Part shown: positions 1-13,722 of the stretch, piece by piece | Position numbering within the stretch: position 1 is the stretch's first letter | Layout of the letters: every line of letters begins with the position of its first letter | Source: Geosiphon pyriformis uo1 | Lineage: Eukaryota; Fungi; Glomeromycota | Reading direction: 5' to 3' | NCBI GenBank assembly: GCA_016748015.1 | Contig: JAAOMT010000760.1 | Span: forward strand, 358,219-422,218 | Length of the DNA stretch: 64,000 nucleotides | Notes under the pieces: model-generated | What the model was told of the DNA's origin: nothing | Databases searched by the model: none | What the model saw: the letters and a program-made list of their open reading frames with translations, nothing else | Translations under genes and position numbers: made by a program

Positions 1-3000
1 GAAAATCACCAGGCCCACGAAAGGCACAAAATAAATTGTTTGTTAAAGATAATTCATTCTCCAAAAAAATCTTCACCACCCCTGCCAAGAAATTGTTAAC
101 AGGACTAACATACAACCTAACAGGGAATTGTAAAAGATTCAAAGAAGACCATCTCAGAACTTGCAAATCCAAAAATCTATGATTAAATAAATGGCCAAGA
201 ATGCCATGACCATTAGAAAATGAAATCAGTAATGCCAGTTTTCTTTCAAATTGCACTTGCTCAAAGAGCTTCAAATCATATAAAAAAAGGTAGTACAAAA
301 CCTCACTGAGGAAGTCACATGGTAAACTAGCTTTGGCTCTAAGACCTTTTCTAATTATAATATCCCACTTATGACACACATCTAAAGTAACAAAACTGAA
401 CTGTGCACGATAGCTAACAATAGGCTACAAAATTGCCAAAACCAAATAACAGAATTGTTTGTCTATAATAGTTTTTTGTAACACTATATTAGAAAAAAAC
501 CTGATATTTTTATGGGCTTGAGCCAAACTGGGCTTAGAGAAATCCTCAGTTGACAGAAAGATACCCAAATATTGGTGTAACTCACCCTTTTTAGCAATTG
601 AAATTGGCAATCCATTGATTAATAGCGAAGCATTCTTAATCCCTCCCCCCAATTGATAGAAATCACTACCATTTTATCATCATTAATTGAGATGTTATTG
701 ATTACAAAAAATTCACTTGCAATATTTAAAATATACTGTGTAGATGTTTGACTACTTTTAATCCAAATCATATTATTAACAAAAGCATCTGCAACCAAAA
801 AGAAGGTTTTTTCTCCACTTGCCTCAATCCTGTCAGACTTTGCTATAAACTTAGAATCAATTCTATACTCACATAATTGCTTATGCCTTTTTATTTCACA
901 CAAAAGTAGATCATAAAATATTCTCTAAAGCAGTGGGAAAAAGATCTCCCCTTAATCTAACTTATCATGTACTTTATAACCATCCAAAAGCCCAAAGTTA
1001 ATCATTACTTTGTTAACCTGGTCTCTATGAATGTTGCCAAAAAATTGGATGAAATGTCCACACATTTTGATGCAATGCAAGCTTGCTTGCAAATGATGCC
1101 AGCCTACTGAATCATAAGCTTTGCACATATTCTGTAGCACTAACCAGAACTCTTTGTTTTTCTCCAAAGCATTCTCAACAACTAAGCCAATAGCAAAAAT
1201 AGGAGACTGGGTCAAAGTACCCTTTAACACTAAAAAATTGTTACCACAAAGAACATTAAACTTGCTACAAGCCAAAAATATCTGATCAGATAGGATCTTA
1301 GATAGTATTTTACATGCTGTCTTGACCAAAGCGATAGGTCTGGTATTTGTCAGAATACTATTCCACTCATAAGGTTTTGGAATCATTGAAACCCATGCTT
1401 CTTTTCACAGATTAGGAACTGCATCCATACTCAAGCACAAATTCAACAAATTCAAAAGACAAGCCAAAACCTCCCTACCATAATGCTTCCAAAGTTCATT
1501 AGATATTCTAGATAACCTGGCTGCTTTATCATTCAGCAGATTATCAACAACCAGAAACAATTCCTCCATATCAATATCAACTATTACACCAGAGAAAGTA
1601 TTATCATCTACATAATCCAGAGGCATATATTGTTGAGCCCAGAGGTCAGGTATTTTTGGAAAAACTGATTGTTTTCTTGTCCACTCTTCCATAATTTTAT
1701 CAATCTTGAGTTTCACCTTATTAGGCTCAATTACCAGCTCATTATCCATTACCAAATGATCCAAAACCACCTTGTGAAATAGACATTTCAAAATGCTTTT
1801 TATCATCTTTTTTTTGTCAGAACAGAAGTTTTCCATACAATAGTCAATTGTCTTTCTTATAGCAGTATCTTCAACAATCTTAGACTCATAATACTTGGAC
1901 TTATGATACTCTTTTTTTATTACCAACAAATGCTTAATCAACTTCATTGAGCTTACATTGTTCAAAACCATGCTATTAACCTTGGAAGCTTTGACTACAT
2001 TAATAACCAACCAGACCTTAATAAGGCAGTTGAAATTCAAGAGATTACCAGAGTTCCAATATTTCACAATCTTTGCAACAAGCAGCTCTAACTTAAAGAA
2101 TTTGGAAGATTGTTTATTTCTTGAACAGTTGTATTTACTATACCATATCCTAGAGAAAACTGTGTCAGCAGTCTGTACTATGGCTTCTTCCAACATTTTT
2201 CACATTGTATTTAAGTCACCATTGACTCTTGTCTCCTCAAACATGTTCGACCTAGCCAAAAACTTGGTAGAAGAGCAGTCTTTAAAGCTTAACTATTGAA
2301 CATTATCTGCATTCTTTAATTTGAATTTCCACTGGTCTCGGTTGGCTTGTTTGCAAATGCTAATAAGATGTGTATCTAGCAGTTTACCCAAACCAATTGA
2401 AATGAAAACTGACTTATGATTTGTATCAAAAAACTCAGACACACCATTAACAAAATGTGATATTATAGCAGACACCAAATTCCCACTTACTAGAATAAAA
2501 TCAATCACTTTCTCAACACTTCTAGAATTGCTCCAAATGGGAGCCTTGGCCAATAAGTGTTCATTAAAAGTATTAACCAGGCCCAAATCTAAACAGAACT
2601 TGAAACTCACACTTTTGCTAGACCCATTTTCATTAAAATTACCACCCAAAACCACAAAAGAGCTGGAATTGACTGTCTTGGAGACCATAGAATTGATATT
2701 AGCAGCTTGACTAAACTGTGTGCTGATGGATGCACCAGCATACAGACCCAAAATTGTAACTAAAAGCTTGTTCTTAAACAGAAGTCACACAGAAATCAAA
2801 TAATCAGAAATCTTATCCACTTTTAAAACATGCCAAGCCAAAAAATTGTTCATAATTATGGTAATCCCAACACCATGAAACCCAACATCCAAACCAGAAG
2901 TAAAAACCTGAAGTCCATCAAATTTATTCATAATCTAAGGCCTAATATCAGATCTCAATTTAGTTTTAGTAACAATTAAAATCATGTTTCCTGAATCCTT

Positions 3001-3087
3001 ATGCCAACAAACAATGTCTTTCTGTTTAGTTAAATTTGTCATACCCCTAATATTGTACATAGTCACTCTTCAAATGAGCTCACTTAT
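1..3087 (-). pseudogene. LINE copy 1 ORF2 (APE endonuclease + reverse transcriptase), fragmented
   Basis: ORFs 2293-2751 (APE C-half), 1405-2196 (linker), 952-1386, 619-903 and 425-652 (RT). Multiple stops and frameshifts. Confidence 0.88.
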
Positions 3088-4966
3088 TGATGCAAAAAAT
3101 GTATTAGAGAACCTAAATTTATGCACAACAGATCTAATTTCCCCAAGATTGAGCCAATAGAAACCTTAAGAGCCATCATTTTGGATTCCAAACTGCCAAC
3201 TTTGGAGGTAAGAACTTTTGAACTGCTTAAACCTAAATCCACCATCTTGTCTTCTAATACTGAAAAAAAGAGAGAAGGGGATAGCTGTGGGACATCCAGA
3301 ACCATATCAGTATTCAGTGATACCAATGTAGAAACAGGAGTGGCTGGAGATACAACTTAAACAATAGGCACCAGGGATACCAGCTCTATACCATTTAATC
3401 TACACATAATACTTAATACTTGATCAGTTAGCAACTTTAAGGAACATTTGAATGAAGCTAAGTGATCATTGATTGAGAATTTATTTTGAACAACCAGCAT
3501 GCTTCTCTTAACACCTGAAGAACCAGAAGGAAGAGAATCAGACCTAGAACCAAAGTTGAAATAGGGGCCACCAGAAGGAAAAGCAAGTAAGATTACTTGC
3601 ACCCAAGATTTGCCACCAAAGACAGCAGGTCTAAAGATAAGAACATCTTTTTTAGTGTACAATTTTGCTAGCTGAAGATGACAGTCTTCTGAAGTAACTT
3701 TTTTAACAATTTTTGAAGATTTAGCAATAAGTGAAGACAGTATATCACACTTCAGAGCTGAATGGCCAAGATGACCACATTTTTCACAGTGAACCAAGTC
3801 CAATCTAGCCCAAGATAATTTAACATCACTAAATATTGGCTCAGTGTGATAAGCAGATTCCATTGCATCCTCAGATTTGAAGCCAACCACAGCACAGTGA
3901 ATCCTATTTCCAGAATTTAATGAACAATTTATAATACAAGTCTTCTTATTAACTCCTTTCAAAAAAGTGCTCAAATTATGAGCAGTTGTTTTACTGGCAA
4001 AATAAACAACAAAGTTCTGAACTGGTTTCTAAATGCCCATGTTTCACTATTTCCCACAGCCATAACCACTTACACAGAATCTTTTCCAATCAGAAAGGAC
4101 CATTTAGCAGCCATTTGTTTAATCTAATCTAAATCAACAAATTTCACCACAGCTTTTTGTCATAATCCAATAAGTTGAATTTTAATCAACTTAATTTCAC
4201 CAAACTCAGCTAGTACAGTGATGATCATTTCCTTTGGCATGTTCATAAGAATCTTTTTGATGACTACAGTCCAATCTGAACAAACTTCTTGTTTCTTGAG
4301 ATTGCTATTTACATCAATCCTTTTTTCTCTGGCCAATAATGTGGCCATTTCCATGTTTTTTTCTGAAGTAAAGGTAAATCAAATAATCTCTTCAAATTTT
4401 GAAGAAATAGTGGTCCCCCCAAAATCATTGACTGTTGAAAAAATTTTCCTAATTAACTGAGTTTTTGTCATTGCCAATTTTTCTTTCATAGCTAAAAGAT
4501 TAATATCCAAAGCAAATAACTTTTTAATTAACACTTCCACAGAAGTCTTAATAATTTTTGGGTCAATTCACTTCTTTTCAAGAAAGATAGGCAAGCAAGG
4601 AGAGAGCATAACTTCATTATTATCTATATGAAAGTTAGGAGAGCCGAGTGGAGAACCAAAACCAGCACCAGTATTAATTTGCTTTGCTCTGAGTGTAGTA
4701 GCAGTTGAGCCCAAAAGAGACTCACCATATGCTCTAAACATGCTAACATTCCTATTCTCACTAGATAGACTTTTCACATTAGAATAAACACTATCACTGG
4801 ATCCAGATTTGCTCAAAGATATATCCCTTTTATCACCAAAGTGTTTGATATTGTCAAGAACAACTTTCTTCTTCTGAGAAAAAAAACCACCAGCAGGACC
4901 ATGTAAAGTGCTTTTAGGAGTCTTCTTCTTAGATGTGATGCTACTAGCAGTAGCTTTTATATCCAC
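3084..4966 (-). pseudogene. LINE copy 1 ORF1 (gag-like nucleic-acid-binding protein)
   Basis: ORFs 4568-4966, 4160-4354, 3357-3974 (CEKCGHLGHSALKC = CX2CX4HX4C) and 3084-3326 (coiled-coil-like tail). Homologous to 10213-12100. Confidence 0.85.
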
Positions 4967-5386
4967 AAAAAATGGGTTATTATTAAGTAAAGAAATATTG
5001 ATATAGACTAAAAAAACAAAAAAACTTCTTTTTACAGAAAATGCACTTTTTGAGGATTTTTGGAGATAAGAAAAAAAGAAGTTTTTTTTAGTTTTTTATT
5101 TTAAAATTAATTACAAAATTAATAACAATAATTAATAAACAATAGTAGTATTAGCAGTTAAAAAAGTTTTAAAATAAACAATAATATAAAATTACAAATT
5201 AGCAAATTTTAATTTAATAAAAACAATATTATTAAAAACATTCAAACAGTTTAATATTTTTTTTTATTAATGTTTTATGAATAAGGCCTAAATGCTTTAA
5301 TATTATTAGAAATAATACCAAAAAAAACATTATAAAAAACAATAATAGAAAAAACCAATTAACAAAAACCACAAAAAACTTTGTAA

Positions 5387-5413
5387 TTTTTTTTTTTTTT
5401 TTATATGTTTATT
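5387..5413 (-). terminator. LINE poly(A) signal and poly(A) tail
   Basis: The minus strand reads AATAAA-CATAT-A16. Confidence 0.8.
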
Positions 5414-5524
5414 GAGTGAAATCCAAACACTACCTAATGCTATACATCAAATAATTGATCTAAATTAGGCGTGAATCATGCACTTTCTACACATGACTGG
5501 CCATTCAGACCAATCAGAACAATA

Positions 5525-8500
5525 CTATGTACCTATATGAATGGAAACCGCATTTAAAGCACCAGAAATGAACAAACTAAATTTACGCAAACCAAACCTA
5601 ATACCCAATGCATCATTAATACCTAACAACTTGACAACTCCAGCCGAATACAGGGAAGACAGACCAGAAATAGAAACTGGCATAGAACCGTCTCGAGGAA
5701 TTAACCCATGTTTTTCCATAAAGGCACAATGTTTGACATGGACCAACCAAATCTCATCTCTAAAAGCTAGGCAAAAATTGCGGACAAAGTCCACAATTTT
5801 CGCACCAGCAAGTTTCAGATCACCAAAAACAGAAACCACCTCGAAAAACCAATCATTAAAAACAAAGCTCTTGCATAGAGCAACATGGACTGAAGTGTCA
5901 AAAATGCATGAAGAAAGAGTTCACAGTACATGAAAAGAAGGGCAACGAAGGCCAGAAATACCTTCCCATTTAACCGCAAAATCACCAAACAGCCGATCAC
6001 GACCAGCAGAATCAAAATCACAGGAAAAGACATGGTCCAAAACCTTTACACATCCACAATACAAACAAACCACACTAGGGTAACTCTTATCATAAAGATG
6101 TTTGCGAATGGCCACAGGCAGTCTATGATGCAGAGCTTTCATAAAATATGTGCACAAACCAGCAGTCCATTTACTAGTGAAGCCAGCAGCCATGTGTGAA
6201 TTGGGATGCCAAACAGAAGAAGACCTGCACCAATCGATATCACTGAGCAATTCACCAGCGACAACTCAGGCACCTGAACCAAAACCCCAACGCGAACGGT
6301 AAATGGACTGATAAATGTCATGCACAAAATGCCTAAAATTACCCGAAACAAGACTACCACCAGCCAGGATAAACCACTCATCCAGCCAGGAGAGAAGAAC
6401 AAAATCAGAAAGAGCTGCATGGCCAGCCAGTTTATTAGCCTGGTCATTGCCTACAACACCAGAATGTCCCTTAACCTTACACCAGCTGACATTCAACCTT
6501 TTAGCACGAACAAGATTAGCAATATGATAACACTCCACCCAACAACTATTCCAAAAATCTGGATACACCAAACCCAATTCTGACCTGCAGGCATCTAACA
6601 TGGCCTGACTATCCGAAAATAAGCAAACTTTGCTAACCACAGGAACACACTTGAGAGCAAGTACAATAGCTTGCAATTCTGCCAAAGTAGATGACAACAA
6701 ACCCAAAACTCTAACACCCAAACCCATATTAATATCATTAAAGAAAACCACCACACCCAATTTAACACTGAGAGTACCCAAACCAGCCAAGGATCCATCG
6801 GTATAAACTGAAAGGCTATCAGCACCCAATCCCAACAAACAATTATGAACCAAATCAAAATTAGTAGATTCCAAGACATTAGGAGCAAAAGAAATGCTTA
6901 CCAAACAGTCATGAACAGAAGAAGATAACTCTGCACTACCAAGATAACCAACAGAAACACTAAACCAATCAGAAATAGGGCCATACAGATCCAGCCTTTT
7001 CCAATACTTGAAAGTCTTCCAATCAAAAGCAAGACCATTGTGGTGACACAATTGTTTCACAAAGGCAATTCCATACCACCGAAGTGAAGAAAGACACTTA
7101 GAAAATCTCACCTTTCCAAAAACCAAAGACATGGGAGTACCATGGGAGAATCAGAATGCACTGGGGCTGAGACCATTAAAAGATAAACTGCAATCGGCAA
7201 ATATATTAACCACACCTGCCAGAAAATTGTTTGAAAGATTCAATTTTAAACGAGCTGGAGAGACCAAAGGGTGTACAGAACACCAGCTCAGAGTCTGTAA
7301 ATCATGAGACTTATGGAGAAACAAACGACCCAAGATTCCAACAGCATTGGCAAAACACACTATGGATACTAATTTACTCTCAGCCTGAATCTGGTCAAAA
7401 AGTTTTAAGCCGTAAAGAGAAGAATGATAAAGGGCATCATTGGGGAAGTCCAAAAGAAGACCTGCTTTGGATTTGAAGCCTTTACAAATCAAAGCATTCC
7501 ATTTACAGCAAATACTAAGTGGAACAAAACTAAACTGCATTCTATAACTAATAATGAGGTAAAGAACCACTGAAACCAAATATGAGAACTGCTTATTAGA
7601 GACGGTCTTCTTCAGGACAAGATTGGTGAAAAACCAGACATCCGAATGCACTTTGGCCAAACTGGGCTTTGACAAACCACCCATAGACAGAAAGATGTCC
7701 AAATACCAGTAAGGTTCTCTTTTCTTGGCAATAGAAATAGGAGCATCACTGATCATCAGAAAGGGGCTCACAACCCTACAGTTAATGGGAATAGTCACTG
7801 TTTTATCATTGTTTATTGAAATATTATTAATTCTAAAAAATTCACTAGCAACATTGAGAATGTGTTGTGTTGCAGTCTGACTGCTGCCGACCCAAATTGT
7901 ATCATCCATGAAAGCACCAGCAGCAAAGAAAAAGGAAAAACCAGCTTGAGGTTCAACATGACCAGTCTTAGCAACAAAATGAGAATTCAACCTATAACCA
8001 CAAAATTCTTCTTGCCTCTTAACTTCACACAAAAGAGAATCATAAAATATACGCCAGAGAAGAGGTGAAAACACTTCCCTTTGATTGAGACCATCATGGA
8101 CTTGATAACCATCAGTTAAGCCAAAGTCAGTTATTACTCTGTTGACTCGGTTATTGTAAATGCCACCAAAAAATCAAATGAATCTACCACACATTTTAAT
8201 CCTAATCAGACTCCTTTTTAAATGCTCCCAGCCAACAGAATCATAGGCCTTCTTCATGTCCTGTAATACCAGCCAAAGCTTACAGTTCTTCTCCAGAGCA
8301 TCCTTGACCACAGAGCCGACAGCAAAGATAGGCGACTGTGTCATCGTATCTTTCAAAACAGAAAAATTGTCTCCGTGGAGAATGTTGTGAGTACTGCATG
8401 CCAAAAAAATTCTGTCTGAGAGGATTTTTGAAAGGATCTTACAAACAGTTTCAATCAAAGCAATGAGTCGGGTGTTCATAAGAACTCCTTCCCACTCATA

Positions 8501-10216
8501 AGGTTTGGGGATCATAGACACCCAGGCTTCCTTCCAAGGACTAGGAACTGACTTACGAAGCAAACAAGAGTTCAAGAGCACCAACAACATATTCAGAACT
8601 GATCCATCACAATGTATCCAAAGCTCATTTGAAATATCAGACAAACCAGCAGTCTTATCATTAGGCAAGTCTGATACAATACCAAGCAACTCAACAGAAC
8701 TAATAGGGTCTATTATCCACAAAAATGTATCATCAAATACATACTCCAAGAGTTGGTACTGGTAACACCAATCAGTAGAGACATCAGTGATCAACACACA
8801 TTTCCTGGTCCAGTCTTCCATGATAACATCTATCTTAGATTTAACTAGACTAGGTTTCAAAACCAGTTCATCATCGGCAACCAAGTGATCCAACACCACC
8901 TTGTGAAAAGGGTGCTCTAGCACACTCCTAATTGTATGACCTTTATCTACCTTAAAACTCTCCATCCTTCTACTGACTGCTGACCTAATATGAGATTCTT
9001 TAGCACACTTTGACTCGGACAATTTAGAGGAATAATACAACTTCCTAACTCTGAACAAGACAGATCTTATGATCTTAAAATGTGACCCCGAAAGAAAAAG
9101 AAACTCCATCACAGAAGCATTTGTAGCATCCAACGAGTTCTACATACCCAGTAATGCAACAAATTCTTCAAAGGAAACCAAACATGATGCTTTAACTAGT
9201 TTAGACACCAAAAGTTTTAACTTGTAAAACTTAGAAGATTCCTTAGTAAACATATTATCATAACTCTTGAACCATTTTTTTTTGAAAACATCATTCGCTG
9301 ATAAGCACACAATTTTGCGGATGATGTCCTACATAGCATCCAAATTCAGAAACAATAGAGCAGCATCAAACTTACACTTCAACATTGCCATGATGGCAGC
9401 AGAAGATTCCTTGAATGCAGCCTATTTGGCAGCTGTAGCATTCTTAAAATTGAACTTTCAACGATCCTTATTCGCCTGTTTGCGAAGAGACATCAAATTA
9501 ACATCCAAAAGACTGCTCAGGTCCACGGAAACAGTAATAGCCCTATGATCAGTATCAAAATATTCATCAACTCCAGTTACACTATGATCTAAGATTGCAT
9601 TGACCAAGCTTGATGACACAAACATGTAATCAATAGTCTTGACCACCCCTCAAGAATTGGTCCAAGTCGCATTCTTCCCAAACAAGCTCTCTCTCAGGGC
9701 ATTGACCAAACCCAAATCAAAACATTTCCTGAAACTAGCACACCTGTGAGAGCCATCTTCATTGAAATTGCCGCCCAATATCATGAAAAAAGACTTATTA
9801 ACAGCTTTAGCAATCGAAGAATTTATCTCATCCATTTGTGAAAAGCATGCAGATATTGAAGCACCAGCATACAAACCCAAAATTGACACCGAAAGCTTAT
9901 TTTTGAAAAGCAGCTTGACAGACAAAAGATGACCAGGAACCTCAAAAACTTTACATACATGCTTCACCAGAGCGTTGTTTATAATGATTGCCACACCAGA
10001 ACCAAGGTAACCAGAATCCAAACCAGACACAAAGACCTGAACACCATCAAATTTATTAGCAATCCAAGGCCGAACCTTATCTTTTAACTTCATCTCAGTA
10101 ATAATTGAAACCAAATTGTTCATATTTCTGTGCCAATGTATAATGTCCTCTTGCTTTGCTGAATTGTTTATACCTCTGACATTACACGTGGCAATTTTCC
10201 ATACTAAATCATTCAT
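5525..10216 (-). pseudogene. LINE copy 2 ORF2: APE - RT - RNase H - CCHC
   Basis: APE: IATCNVRGIN, ILGGNFNE, IDYMF, TDH. RT: RLIALIE, DMKKAYDSV, QGEVFSPLL, AFMDDTIW. RNase H: VYTDGS, AELQAI, FSDSQ, VKGHSGVVGNDQANKLA. Cys/His domain: CLYCGCVKVLDHVFSC. Broken by stops and frameshifts. Confidence 0.92.
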
Positions 10217-12100
10217 TGAAGTACAGAAGAAACCACAGAACCTGAGCCAGCACACATCTGATCTAACTTCTCCAAAACCAAACAAACCGAAGCTTCGAGA
10301 GCCATCAATTTTGACTCTAAACAGTCTACTTTCGAAGTCAAAATTTTTGAACTACTCGAACCCAAACTCGAGACACCAGAGAAAACTGAAGAAAGAGAAA
10401 GAACTGCAGACTTAGGTTCATCCAAAACCATATCCAAACCAAATTCCACATTAACCAAACCAGGGACAATCAAGGACTAAGAAGAGGAGACAAAAGCCAA
10501 GGGCACCAGGTTTAAATTGTCAAGTTTGTCAATAATACCAGACACTTTATCTGTGAGAAGTTCCAAAGAGCACTCCCAAGAAGCGAGATGAGTTTCCAAA
10601 AACAAATTAACAGGATCCGTAAGAGATGAGTGACCAACCACACTTGAGGCACCAGAAAAAGAGCCAAAACCAGGACCAGAACCAAAGTGAGGACCATTAG
10701 ATGAAGATACCAGAGAGACAACCTGGGCGCATGATTTGCTGTCGAATGCAGCCAGTTTAGAAATAGGCACACTTTTTTTTGCATACAGCTTGGCCAACTG
10801 GAGGCAATTTTCATCAGAGACAACACTTTTAAATGACTTAGAAAGAGCAAGAGAGGTTGAGATTTCAGCATCACACTCCAGAACAGAATGATCAAGTTTC
10901 CCACACTGTTCACACCAAACCATGTCCAATCTAGCCCAAGACAGTCTCACCCCACCAAAAATAGGCTCCATATGAAATGCAGACTCTAATATCTTGTCAT
11001 TCTCAAAACAAACCACAGCACATTGAATCCTATTACCAGTGTCTAAGGATCGATTTATAACACAAGTTTTCCCATCAGCCCCTGCCAAAAGATTGCCAAG
11101 ATCATGAGCCATTGTTTCCACTGGCAAAGTAAACAAAAGTACCCTATACTAATCTTTAGATGCTTATGTCTCACAGTCCCTCACAGCTTTGACCACGTGC
11201 ACTGAATCTTTCCTGATTAAGAATAACCACTTAGCTGCCAACTGATCTGCCTGACTCGATTCAGCAAATTTCACCACAGCCTTCTGCCACAGCCCAATAA
11301 GTTACAATCAGATTAACACCACTTAACCAAATTCAGATACTGTGGTGATGATCATTTCTTTTGGTGTATTTATGGGAATTTCCTTAATGACTATGGCCCA
11401 ATCTGAGCAAATTCCTTGTCTTTTAAGATTGCTGTTTACTACGATGTTATTTTCTTTGGCCAATAACGCGGTTCTTTCCATGCTTTTAGATGAAGTAAAC
11501 ATTGATTGGATGATCCCCTCAAATTTTGAGAGGGTGTTGGCCCTCCCAAAACCATTGATTGTTGAGAATAACTTTCTGATAACCTGAGTCTTGGCCATAG
11601 CCAATTTCTCTTCCACAGCAAATAGATTAATGTCCAAAGTGAACGACTTTTTCACAGTGACTTCCACCTAAGACTTGACAATTTTGGGGTCCACTCACAC
11701 CTTTTTTAAAGAGAAAGACAAACAGAAAAGGAGAAAAACTTCTTTCTCATCATCTATATCATAACTAATAGAGCTGATAGGGGAACTGATAACCACACCA
11801 ATATTAAAACACTTCACAATAAGCATATTCATTTGGGAGTCAGACGCGCTGTTACCATCAGAGGCTTCTCCATCCATATTCATGCTAGCAAACTGCCCAT
11901 CCATACAAACAGACCCACTATCTTTGAGATTCCTATCCATATTTGAGAGTTTGATATTACTGAGAGACTTTTTAACATTTTGAGTCAAACCTTCACCAAC
12001 CAAACCAGCAGACGAGACTCTGGCTGACCTTCTCTTTACACTAGGACCACTTATAGTGGCAGCCGGTCCGACAACAAAGGAATTTGTTTCTTGTAAAATA
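10213..12100 (-). pseudogene. LINE copy 2 ORF1 (gag-like)
   Basis: ORFs 11695-12003, 11323-11667, 10477-11136 (CEQCGKLDHSVLEC knuckle) and 10213-10473. The start is approximate. Confidence 0.87.
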
Positions 12101-13210
12101 GTGGAAGACAGTATGCAAAAACAGAAAAAACTTCTTTCAAAATTTGACTCTTTTTTCAGAAATTTGGGATAAAGGAGAAAAAGAAGTTTTTATTTATTTT
12201 GTAATTTATAAAAAAATAAAAAAAATTATTTAAAAAATTAACTAATACAATAATATTTAAAAAAAATTGAAATACAAATTTTATATAAAAAAATTTAATA
12301 TTGTTTTTTGTGATTAAATTTAATTTAAAAAAACCATACAAAAATTAAAATACATTTTTAATATAAATTAATTTTATTTTAAAAGTTTTATTAAATACTA
12401 AAGTAAAAATTACTTATTTAAAAAATTTTTAATAATTAATAATTGTTTTTTAAGCATTATTAAAAACAATACCAAAAAACAAAAAAAATCAATTTAGTTT
12501 TTATTTAATTATCTTAATTTTTAAAATTAAATAATTTAATAGACTAATTAATTAAAAACATGAGTAAAAATATGTTTTGTTTTATTTTTAAAACTACTAA
12601 AATTCTGTTAAAAAACATTATTTTTAACAATATAATTAATAATTAATATTGGTTTATTTTGAAAAACATATTTTTATTGTTGTTGTTCAAATTAAGAAAA
12701 AAATTAATTGCTATAACAAAAATTTTATTTGAAATTTTATTTGAAAATTACAAAAAAATTTGATATAATAACAACAGAAAAAAATAATTATTATTTTTAA
12801 AGTTTTTGGTTTTTTTGGTGATAATAATAATAATAATAATTATAATAATAATTAAAAGTAAAAATTTGATTTATTAATTATAATAAAAAGTTATTTTAAA
12901 AAGTTGTTACATTATTTTTTATTTAAATAAAATAAATTAATAAGTTTATTAAAATTAGTAAATAGTCAATTTTAAAAAAAAAAATTTTCTTAAAAAAAAA
13001 AAATATATATATATATATATTTTTTTATAATACCATTTTCTTTGTTAATATTTTAAAAGTTAAATATATATTTTAACAAATTACTAAATACTTTAACAAA
13101 CTTTTCAATGTTACAATATTTTAAAAATATTGTAAAAATTTTATTATTATATAAATTAAGTTATTAGTTAAATAAATACTATTAGTAATTTGGTTTAAAT
13201 AATAATCAGA

Positions 13211-13296
13211 TAATTAATAATAAATATGAAACAATATATTAATACTAATTAATAATAAAAATGAAACAATATATTAATACTAATTAATAATAAAAA
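13211..13296. repeat. 35-bp tandem repeat, ~2.4 copies
   Basis: Unit TAATTAATAATAAA(T/A)ATGAAACAATATATTAATAC at 13211 and 13246, partial at 13281. Confidence 0.85.
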
Positions 13297-13600
13297 ATAA
13301 TTACATTTTTTAATTAAAACATTTTTTGTTAATATAAATTGGAAAACTTAATTTTTTTTACATAATTATTAAATTTATGATTTTTCGTTTTAAATTGTTA
13401 AATATTCATGTATTAAATTAAAAGATTATGAATTTAAAAATTTTCAATAATTGTTAAAAATTTTTGGTAGCAAAAAAAATTAAATATTTTAAAACTAAAG
13501 GTGTAATTGGTATTTTCGTTAAATATCAATTAATTATTAATATTTATTTTAGCAACAAAATATTAATTTACTCCTATTCATCTTTTTTAAGTTTTAGGAG

Positions 13601-13722
13601 ACCGAACCAAACCAAACCAAACAAAACCAAATAAAACAAAACAAAACAAAACAAAACAAGACCAGACCAGACCAAACCAAACCAAACCAAACCAGACCAA
13701 ACCAAAAGAAACCAAAACCAAA
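13601..13722. repeat. Compound pentamer microsatellite (ACCAA/AACAA/ACCAG)n
   Basis: Directly visible; it marks the left edge of the CpG-retaining island. Confidence 0.9.

Larger units (their letters stand above)
1..5380 (-). mobile_element. Degenerate LINE (non-LTR retrotransposon) copy 1, running off the left window edge
   Basis: ORF fragments are collinear with copy 2: ORF1 with a CCHC knuckle, APE (LGGNFNE, IDFILVS) and RT (RPIALV, AYDSV, AFVNN). The AT-rich 5' UTR spans ~4970-5380 and its 5' boundary is approximate. Confidence 0.9.
5387..12350 (-). mobile_element. Near full-length LINE copy 2 with RNase H; the least eroded repeat in the window
   Basis: Order is ORF1, APE, RT, RNase H, Cys/His domain, 3' UTR, AATAAA (5408-5413 on minus) and poly(A) (T16 at 5387-5402). 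The 5' boundary is approximate and no TSD was found. Confidence 0.93.

Noticed and set aside
1958-11587. Plus-strand ORFs over the LINEs, and antisense ORFs over the Gypsy elements
   Set aside because: They are antisense shadows with no motifs and are not conserved between copies.
13111-13135. 25-bp palindrome TTACAATATTTTAAAAATATTGTAA as a Helitron or MITE end
   Set aside because: There is no CTRR terminus, TSD or partner end, and it is plausible by chance in near-pure AT DNA.
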